NCBI GenBank assembly: GCA_964638865.1
Contig: CAZXBG010000003.1
Coordinates: forward strand, 11,582-68,430
Origin: an uncultured Chitinophagales bacterium
Lineage (GTDB): Bacteria > Bacteroidota > Bacteroidia > Chitinophagales > BACL12
Direction of reading: 5' to 3'
DNA length: 56,849 nt
Part shown: positions 41,197 to 49,305 of the stretch, one piece after another
How positions within the stretch are numbered: the stretch's first letter is position 1
How the letters are laid out: every line of letters starts with the position of its first letter
Notes under the pieces: generated by a model
What the model saw: only the letters and a program-made list of their open reading frames with translations
Databases searched by the model: none
Told to the model about the DNA's origin: nothing
Translations under genes and position numbers: made by a program

Positions 41197-42324
41197 GTGA
41201 TGCAAAATAAAAGAATATTTTTATCCCCGCCTCACATGTCGGGAAAAGAGGTCGAATTTGTGCAAAAGGCATTTGAAAGTAACTGGATTGCACCGCTTGG
41301 GCCATACGTTGAAGAATTTGAAAATAAGATCGCAAAATATATACATGTAAATTCCTGTGCTGTTTTAAATTCCGGCACCTCTGCAATTCATCTCGCTTTA
41401 ATATTATCAGAAGTGGGAGAAGGGGATTTTGTAGTTTGTCCATCATTTACATTTTCCGCAACTGCAAATCCAATTTTATATCAAAAAGCTGTACCGGTAT
41501 TTATTGACAGCGAAAAAGAAACCTGGAATATGGATCCCGATCTTTTGTTGAAAGCTGTTCTGGAATGCATTAAAAAAGGTAAAAAACCAAAAGCTATCAT
41601 AGTTGTACATCTTTATGGAATGCCTGCAAAAATAAATGCCATTAAAAAAATTGCGGATGATTTTGAAATTCCATTAATTGAAGATGCCGCGGAATCATTA
41701 GGATCTACCTATCAAGACAAACAAACCGGGTCATTCGGAAAATTCGGAATATTATCATTTAACGGAAATAAAATTATTACTTCATCAGGAGGAGGCGCCT
41801 TGGTTTGCAATGAAACGGCACTTATAGAAAAAGCTAAATTTTTCGCTACCCAATCCAGAGATAAAGCACCACACTACGAACATTCAGAGATCGGTTACAA
41901 TTACAGAATGAGTAATATTTGTGCCGCCATTGGATCGGCACAGTTAGATCTTATTGACGAAAGAGTAAAACAACGAAGAGCTATCTATGATTTTTATAAA
42001 AATAATTTATCCGATATAACAGATATTACTTTTACCCCGGAGCCGATTGAAAATCATTCAAACAGATGGCTCACTACAATATTACTTTCCAATCCGGAAT
42101 TAGCGGTAAAGATCAGATTAGATCTTGAAAATCATCAGATCGAATCTCGTCCACTTTGGAAACCACTGCATCTGCAACCCGTATTTAAAAATTTTCCTTC
42201 CTTTCTAAATGGAAACAGTGCCAATTTCTTTCAACATGGCCTTTGTTTACCTTCCGGTTCTGCCTTAACGCAAACAGAACTATCGCAAATCTGCACCCTA
42301 ATCAGGTCTCATTTTTCGGTCTAA
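41197..42324 (+). CDS. DegT/DnrJ/PglE-family sugar aminotransferase
   Basis: LSPPHM, SGTSAIH, EDAAESLG, SFNGNKIIT, GYNYRMSN. Confidence 0.93.
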   Translation: MMQNKRIFLSPPHMSGKEVEFVQKAFESNWIAPLGPYVEEFENKIAKYIHVNSCAVLNSGTSAIHLALILSEVGEGDFVVCPSFTFSATANPILYQKAVPVFIDSEKETWNMDPDLLLKAVLECIKKGKKPKAIIVVHLYGMPAKINAIKKIADDFEIPLIEDAAESLGSTYQDKQTGSFGKFGILSFNGNKIITSSGGGALVCNETALIEKAKFFATQSRDKAPHYEHSEIGYNYRMSNICAAIGSAQLDLIDERVKQRRAIYDFYKNNLSDITDITFTPEPIENHSNRWLTTILLSNPELAVKIRLDLENHQIESRPLWKPLHLQPVFKNFPSFLNGNSANFFQHGLCLPSGSALTQTELSQICTLIRSHFSV

Positions 42325-42367
42325 GTCCACTCTCCTTACATTTTCTTCAATTTTCGTCATATTTACG

Positions 42368-42375
42368 TAAATTTG
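42368..42375 (+). promoter_or_regulatory. Putative internal -7 box (TAAATTTG) upstream of the dehydratase gene
   Basis: TAnnTTTG in the 158-nt intergenic gap. Confidence 0.5.
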
Positions 42376-42482
42376 TGACAGTTTCACATAAACTGCTAAA
42401 TAACCGACATGTTAAGACACACATTAGTGTTTAAGCTATTTGCAGGGTATTCTATTTAATATATCGAATATAAATAGCACTT

Positions 42483-44396
42483 ATGACTGATAGATTGAGC
42501 AATTATATCAATAAAAAATTCGGCTCCCGGATTTTATCCAAATGGATAGTTCTGGGATTCGATGTCGTTATTACGATAGTTGCGTATATGCTTTCTTATA
42601 TTCTGCGATTTAATTTCAATATTAATTCCATTTCATTTTCCGACTTTATTAATCATACTTTAGTAACAACTATTATTTTTACCATATGTTATCTGATTTT
42701 TAAAACATATGATGGCATTATTCGACACAGTGGAATTGCAGATGCAATTCGATTAATAAAAGCGGGAATTGCAGCAATTATTATTTGTTTAACTACAGCA
42801 GTAATAGCAAGAAATTCAGACTTTGATTTTGCTTTATTATCCACTTCTATCGCGATCATTCATGTTACTTCTACCATTTCCATTTTGGTTTTCAGCAGAT
42901 ATGTGATCAGAGTATTGTTTTTTCAATCCGGCAAAAATAATATCAAACCGATATCAGTTGTAATTTATGGTGCAGGCAGAAGAGGAACCAACGTATTAAA
43001 TGCCTTGCGCAACGACAATAGCAAAAATTATCATATTGCAGGGTTTTTAGATGACAATGAAACGAAGGTAAATAAAACACTCGAAGGAGTAAAAATTTAT
43101 CGTTCGTCAAAATTTGCTGAACTGATTCGCAGGCATCATATCCAGGAACTTATTATAGGAATTCACTTATTGGATAACAATAAAAAGAATTCCATGGTGG
43201 AACTTTGTTTGGAACATGGCATACATGTAAAATATGTGCCGCCGGTTGAAGACTGGATAAACGGAAAATTAGATCTGCAACAGCTGAGGAATTTAAATAT
43301 TGAAGATCTTTTAATGAGAGAGCCGATTTCCATAGAAAATGAACAGGTAAAAAAAGAAATTTCGAATAAGGTAATATTAATTACCGGTGCTGCGGGTTCT
43401 ATCGGAAGTGAACTTGTAAAACAACTTATTTCCTTTAAACCTAAAAAGATCGTGCTTTTGGATCAGGCAGAAAGTGCACTGTATGATCTGCGAATGGAAT
43501 TATTTTTTCGTATGCAAAACTTACCGGACATCCATCTGGAGTTTTTGGTTTGTGACATTACAAATCGCAAAAGAATTACACAGATCTTTAAAACCTATAT
43601 ACCAGAGATTGTATTTCATGCTGCGGCATATAAACATGTTCCATTGATGGAATTAAATCCACTGGAATCGGTACACATTAATTTATTCGGATCAAAAATT
43701 CTGATAGATCTTTCCTCTGATTTTAATGTGATGAAATTTATCATGATTTCAACAGATAAAGCAGTGAACCCTACAAATGTAATGGGTGCAACTAAACGCG
43801 CCGCGGAAATTTATTTGCAGGAGAAAGCGATGGATGAAAATAACCGAACAATTTTTATAACCACACGTTTTGGAAATGTATTGGGATCAAATGGGTCGGT
43901 AGTGAATTATTTTACAAAACAAATAGAATCCGGAGGGCCATTAACAATTACGCATCCTGATGTAACAAGATATTTTATGACCATTTCTGAAGCATGTAAA
44001 TTAGTTTTGGAAGCCGCAACAATGGGTAAAACGAGTGAGATTTATTTATTTGACATGGGTGCTCCCATAAAAATATTCGACCTTGCCACAAAGATGGTTT
44101 TGTTAAGTGGATTAAAACCCGAAAAGGATATTAAATTTATTTATATCGGATTGAGACCAGGCGAAAAATTGCACGAAGAATTATTAAATAATGATGAAAA
44201 TACCCTTCCAACACATCACCATAAAATTAAAATTGCCCTTACTGCTCAAAAAGATTCTTATGTGATCCGGCAGATTTTGGAACAACTTTGGGCGGCACTA
44301 CAAGAAGGAGATTCAGATAAAGTTGTTGCCGGATTGAAAGAAATGATACCGGAATACATCAGTCAAAACTCAAAATACGTATTGTTTGATAAATAA
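42483..44396 (+). CDS. CapD/PglF-type UDP-sugar 4,6-dehydratase
   Basis: N-terminal TMs, TGAAGSIG, HAAAYKHVP, STDKAV, RFGNVLGS, GLRPGEKL. Confidence 0.94.
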   Translation: MTDRLSNYINKKFGSRILSKWIVLGFDVVITIVAYMLSYILRFNFNINSISFSDFINHTLVTTIIFTICYLIFKTYDGIIRHSGIADAIRLIKAGIAAIIICLTTAVIARNSDFDFALLSTSIAIIHVTSTISILVFSRYVIRVLFFQSGKNNIKPISVVIYGAGRRGTNVLNALRNDNSKNYHIAGFLDDNETKVNKTLEGVKIYRSSKFAELIRRHHIQELIIGIHLLDNNKKNSMVELCLEHGIHVKYVPPVEDWINGKLDLQQLRNLNIEDLLMREPISIENEQVKKEISNKVILITGAAGSIGSELVKQLISFKPKKIVLLDQAESALYDLRMELFFRMQNLPDIHLEFLVCDITNRKRITQIFKTYIPEIVFHAAAYKHVPLMELNPLESVHINLFGSKILIDLSSDFNVMKFIMISTDKAVNPTNVMGATKRAAEIYLQEKAMDENNRTIFITTRFGNVLGSNGSVVNYFTKQIESGGPLTITHPDVTRYFMTISEACKLVLEAATMGKTSEIYLFDMGAPIKIFDLATKMVLLSGLKPEKDIKFIYIGLRPGEKLHEELLNNDENTLPTHHHKIKIALTAQKDSYVIRQILEQLWAALQEGDSDKVVAGLKEMIPEYISQNSKYVLFDK

Positions 44397-44467
44397 TGTG
44401 ACATGCAAGAGGTAAGCATCCCGGCACATTTTTTTGGATTTCGGGCAATAATTCCCTCCCAAAAACC

Positions 44468-44475
44468 TATATTTG
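44468..44475 (+). promoter_or_regulatory. Putative -7 box (TATATTTG) for wza-wzc
   Basis: TAnnTTTG upstream of wza. Confidence 0.5.
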
Positions 44476-44561
44476 CAAAGTAAACCTTATTAAGAGGCCT
44501 CAACAGAATGAATAAACCCCAAAAGAGATTTTTTTTTACAAATATGCTTAAATACAACAGA

Positions 44562-45323
44562 ATGAAACCACTGTTGGTGCTGTTAATTCTTTTACCTTTC
44601 CTACAATCATGCGGGCTACTTTATCCTAACAGAATTCTGAAGACAGACAAAGATTACGTATTTCAATCATTTTTAGACAGCATTCCACAAGATTTTATTA
44701 TTGAGCAAGGAGATCAGATCGAAGTGTATGTTTATCCTAAAAAAGGATATATTCTGATCGAACCGCAGATCAGTACAAGTCTGCAAAATAATCCAGCGCA
44801 ATCCATTCCCTCTTTTATTACATATTTGGTTGATTATAGAGGAGAATCAAATTTGCCAATAGTTGGACTAGTAAAATTAAGCGGATTAACGGAACGCGAA
44901 GCGGAAGAAAAATTAGTGGAATTATATACTCCTTTTTACATTGATCCATTTGTTAATGTCAATATTACCAATAAATCGCTAACTGTTTACAGAGGGAGTG
45001 CTGAGGCGCGAGAAGTTATAATGATGCGGCCGGATATCACTGTATTGGAGGCGATCGGACTATCAGGTGGTATGCCTGTAAATGCAAAGTCAAAAAAAGT
45101 GCGTGTGCTTCGAAATTACAAGGGCGAAAATATGATAGAAGCACTGGATCTTTCCGATCTTTCTGATCTACCAAAGGCACAATCCTATATTTTACCAAAT
45201 GATGTTATTTATATAGAACCGGGCATTAACGCCGAATTCTTCAGCGAAATTTCTCCTATCGTTACAACTGCATCAAGTCTAATTGTGATTTATGCTTTTT
45301 TTATCAATTTGAATAGTAAGTAA
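44562..45323 (+). CDS. wza: Polysaccharide export lipoprotein (Wza/OPX)
   Basis: Lipobox LQSC after MKPLLV (ATG 44562; ORF track starts at 44508), IEQGD, LPIVG, SLBB TVLEAIGLSGG. Confidence 0.88.
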   Translation: MKPLLVLLILLPFLQSCGLLYPNRILKTDKDYVFQSFLDSIPQDFIIEQGDQIEVYVYPKKGYILIEPQISTSLQNNPAQSIPSFITYLVDYRGESNLPIVGLVKLSGLTEREAEEKLVELYTPFYIDPFVNVNITNKSLTVYRGSAEAREVIMMRPDITVLEAIGLSGGMPVNAKSKKVRVLRNYKGENMIEALDLSDLSDLPKAQSYILPNDVIYIEPGINAEFFSEISPIVTTASSLIVIYAFFINLNSK

Positions 45324-45329
45324 ACCGGA

Positions 45330-47738
45330 ATGGAAAAAGGAATCAATAATGATACTAATCATAAATTTGATGCACCTGATGATCAGGTTTTTAACTGGAG
45401 ATTATTTTTTACTATAGTTTGGATAAGCAGATTGTGGATCATCTTATATTTTGTTATTATTTTAACAATAGGCTATTTGGTCGGACGATACTCAACCCCG
45501 GTTTATGAATCTCAGGCAGACCTTCAGTTTAAAAATAAATCGCAAGATAATTCCATCGATTTAGGAATACTAGTTACCAGGCCAAATTCCGAAAGGCTGA
45601 ATGAAGAAATGACCATTCTTTCTTCTAAATTATATAAGATGGAAGCGCTTCAAAAACTTTCCTTGGAGATTTCCTATTTTTTGAGAGAACGTGTGAAGGT
45701 AGGGGATATTTACACTGAATCACCCTATACAGTTGATATAGAAATATTGGATTCTGCAATTATAGAAGCAAAGATAGCATTCAAATTCATAAACGAAAAA
45801 GAATATAATTTAAAATACGCATACGAAGGAAAAACACATAATTATAATTTCGTATTCGGTAAAAATTATAACACTCCGGCATTTAATATTAACGCTACAA
45901 ATGTTGAAATAAATAAAGGGAACAGAGATAAAGACCTCTTTTTTGTAATTAATGATATTAAAAAAGAGGCTGAAGAAATCAGTGGAGAGATTAAAATCAA
46001 TGCCGATAATCTAGCGGGAGGAAAGATCGAGATTAATTATCAAAATACCAACAGTAAAAAAACCACCGATGTTGTAAATATAGTAGCAATCCAAATTGTG
46101 GAGATGAGTCTTGAACGCAAGGCCCAAAGTGCCGAAATGGTCATCGTTTTTATCAAAAAACAAATTGATTCTCTGGAAAAACAACTGCGCGATCAGGAAA
46201 ACATTCTTAAAAATTTCAAAAAAAGCAATCAGATCATTAATCCCGAAATTACGGAAACAAGCATTGTTGATAAATTAAATACTATTGATCAGTCCATTTT
46301 TGAGGTACTTCTGGAAGAAAAAAGTTTAAACTGGTTAAAAGAATTTACCAATAATAAAAATAACGATCTGAATGCAATTGCAAATTATTTTGGCGATTTG
46401 AGATATAGCGATTTTTCACCTTATTTAAATTCCCTGGTGATACTTGAAAAAGAACGTGAAAATTTAGGGTTGAGTGTGCCGACAACCGACCCGCGCATGG
46501 TATCGCTTATGCATCAGATTGAGGTAGTAAAACAAAACTTTAAAAATGCGATCGTAAATGCAGAGAAGAAACTCCAGGTACGTAAGGATTATTTAAATTC
46601 CGAACAAAATAAATACGAAGCGGAATTTCTTGCACTTCCCGAAAAACAATCGGAGTATGACCGGCTGACTAAATTAAATGAATTAAAAGAAAAATATTAC
46701 CTGTTATTGTTGGAAAAACAATCGGAATATGAAATTACACTTGCAGGCATGACAAGTGACTATACCATACTTGATCATGCGGAGGTCGGCAATCAGATAA
46801 GTCCCGAAAAAACAAAAATTTTAATTTTGTGTTTATTGATCGCAATAGGTGTAAGTTTTGCGCATGTATATGTTAAATTTTTATTACACAGCACAATTCT
46901 CGGATTACCCGATGTAGAAAAAGCAACAAATGTTCCCATTCTCGGTTTACTTCCGAAATATTCGAATGGGAAATCTGAAGTGCCTCAAGTTGTAGTTTCC
47001 GAAAATCCAAAATCACATATTGCAGAATCGTTCCGTACGATCAGGAGTAATATGCAATATTTTTCTGCCAAAACTAAAAAAAGCACTTCTATTGCAGTTA
47101 CCTCAACAGTGAGCGGAGAAGGAAAAACATTTTTTTCCATTAACCTTGCAAACCTGCTTGCCGCAACCGGAAAAAAAGTAATATTAGTTGAATTCGATCT
47201 TCGTAAGCCAAAAATTAATAAATCACTCGGATTAAATAAAGAAAAGGGTGTAAGTACGGTTCTAATACAAAAAACAACAATAGCAGAAAGTATTCAGTAT
47301 TCTGAAAAATGTGGTTGTGATGTTCTCGTTTCCGGACCTGTTCCTCCAAATCCCGCAGAATTATTAATATCAGCAGCAGCTGATGACCTTTTAGAATATT
47401 TAACTCAACATTATGATTACATTATAATTGACAATCCACCTATTGGGATAGTTTCCGATTCTATACCACTACTTTCGAAGGTAGATCTCACTATCTATCT
47501 GGTAAGAGTAAATTATTCGAAACGTTCTTTTATTGAGAACATTAATAGACTTGCTTTTAATCAGCAATTAAATAATATGGCAATTGTTGTAAATGATGCA
47601 AATGCAAGCGGAACAGGGTATGGTTATGGATATGGTTATGGAGTAGATAATAAATATTCTCAATACGAAGATTATTATTCAGATAGTCCAAGAAAAAGAC
47701 CTTTATTTAAAAGATTATTTAATTTTAAAATAAATTAA
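45330..47738 (+). CDS. wzc: Wzc polysaccharide co-polymerase / tyrosine autokinase
   Basis: Two TMs, AESFRTIR, Walker A SGEGKT, DLRKP, DNPP, Tyr cluster GYGYGYGYG...YSQYEDYY. Confidence 0.94.
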   Translation: MEKGINNDTNHKFDAPDDQVFNWRLFFTIVWISRLWIILYFVIILTIGYLVGRYSTPVYESQADLQFKNKSQDNSIDLGILVTRPNSERLNEEMTILSSKLYKMEALQKLSLEISYFLRERVKVGDIYTESPYTVDIEILDSAIIEAKIAFKFINEKEYNLKYAYEGKTHNYNFVFGKNYNTPAFNINATNVEINKGNRDKDLFFVINDIKKEAEEISGEIKINADNLAGGKIEINYQNTNSKKTTDVVNIVAIQIVEMSLERKAQSAEMVIVFIKKQIDSLEKQLRDQENILKNFKKSNQIINPEITETSIVDKLNTIDQSIFEVLLEEKSLNWLKEFTNNKNNDLNAIANYFGDLRYSDFSPYLNSLVILEKERENLGLSVPTTDPRMVSLMHQIEVVKQNFKNAIVNAEKKLQVRKDYLNSEQNKYEAEFLALPEKQSEYDRLTKLNELKEKYYLLLLEKQSEYEITLAGMTSDYTILDHAEVGNQISPEKTKILILCLLIAIGVSFAHVYVKFLLHSTILGLPDVEKATNVPILGLLPKYSNGKSEVPQVVVSENPKSHIAESFRTIRSNMQYFSAKTKKSTSIAVTSTVSGEGKTFFSINLANLLAATGKKVILVEFDLRKPKINKSLGLNKEKGVSTVLIQKTTIAESIQYSEKCGCDVLVSGPVPPNPAELLISAAADDLLEYLTQHYDYIIIDNPPIGIVSDSIPLLSKVDLTIYLVRVNYSKRSFIENINRLAFNQQLNNMAIVVNDANASGTGYGYGYGYGVDNKYSQYEDYYSDSPRKRPLFKRLFNFKIN

Positions 47739-47747
47739 AATTTAATC

Positions 47748-49234
47748 TTAACGATTTGTCCGATAAAAGGTAAAGTTTTCGTTTTCAAATATTTTAGTAA
47801 ATAGACCGGAATTTTGTTCTATATATTCTTTAGGAAAACTACTGTAATCCTGTTCGCTGAGTAAAATATATTTTACTTCGTTTGCATTAATATTGTTTTC
47901 GAGTCTTTCGGAATATGCTCCATCCGGAAATGAAGTAGTTTTCTTTTCCGTTAATAATGTGATTGCCCTGGCGCGCTGACACATCACTAATTCTTCCTGA
48001 TTAACAATTGTTACAATAAATTTAATCATCTCCTGTGCTTCCGCATCACTAATTCTGTTATTTTGATATTTAGGGATCATACTTACATAAAATCTAATGT
48101 AAATCGTGGTTATTCCTACCATAAGCAATAACGACACCATTCTCATTAAATTTAAACTTTTAATTTGGGTTATTCCTGTTATAATGAAGTATAGATAGAG
48201 CGGAATTAAAGGAATGAGGTAACGCAGGATCTGATATCCCGGAAAAATAATGACAGTTAAAACATATAAAATGCCAAAGATCAGATAGAGGGAAATTTGT
48301 TTACTTTTTATTAATCCGATCAAGGCAAATAAACCCAGAATACACGATATGGAGAGATTAAAAAATATCCAGAAATTCCAACTTGTGCTGTCATCTCCTG
48401 TGTTGGTAATGTAAGCGAGAGATCTCAGGTTATCCATTAATCGTCTCCCTATATCCACCATTGCATTCGCAATAGGTTTATCTGCATAACCATCTATTAA
48501 CATTGTAATATAATTTATATCATTAGGAATCAGGAAAGATTGCAAAACAATTAAAAAAGCAGTAAATCCAAAAACCATAATAGCAGGTTTCCATTTAAAT
48601 TGTTTTTTATAGAGATTAAATAATACCTAGGCCGGAAAAAGTATAAGCCCTGTAGGGCGAAATACATAATTAATAAAAATGAGCAGAGCAAAAGTGCAGG
48701 AAGTTTTCCAATCTATAATATTCTTTTTTTTCTCCAGGAAAACGATCGTTAATAAAATAAACACAGCAGCAGGGAAATCTCCTATTATATTATCTCTCAA
48801 AACCCAAAGTCCTGTACTAAAACCGATTAACACTGCAGTAGCAAATGCTGTTCTATCGGAATAATATTTTCTCAAATAAATGAAGGTATATGCTACAAAT
48901 AAAATATAAAAAATGAGGATCACTGTTTTCATTGCAAAAAAATTTACTCCGAAAAGTGCATAAACAGGAGCGAGTAGAACAGGCAAACCCGGGGGGGGAA
49001 GCTTGCAGGCGAATAGGTGAAGGCATCCGGATTATATTGAAAACCGGTATCGTTATAATCATGTCCCTCTACAACATTTTTGGAGTTTAGTATATACAAA
49101 GCATAATCATTGCTCCAACCCTGAGCAGGTAAAAAAGTACACATGGAAAAAATAAAAAGTTGCCCAAGAATAAAATGAAAATTAGGCGAGGGATTTTTTT
49201 TTGTGGAAGCGTATTCATGCAAACGGGTTTACAT
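47748..49234 (-). pseudogene. Disrupted ArnT/PMT-like (GT-C) membrane glycosyltransferase
   Basis: Three ORF pieces join into one protein (WSNDYALYI...FPPGLPVLLAP...RPTG...RYLIPLIP); frameshift at the C8 tract 48991-48998, in-frame TAG at 48627-48629, possible ATG-TAA at 49229-49234. Confidence 0.75.
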
Positions 49235-49305
49235 GGCAAATATACAAAACCAAAGAAAATGAAATAAACTGACCAATTTGCCTGTTTTGATACATTTCAA
49301 TCCGA

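Noticed and set aside
47616..47642. GGTTAT/GGATAT tandem repeat
   Set aside because: Encodes the normal Gly-Tyr phosphorylation cluster of Wzc
48627..48629. TAG recoding (pyrrolysine or alternative genetic code)
   Set aside because: TAG ends other intact genes here (e.g. 10672, 36672, 41140), no pyl genes are present, and the same gene has another lesion
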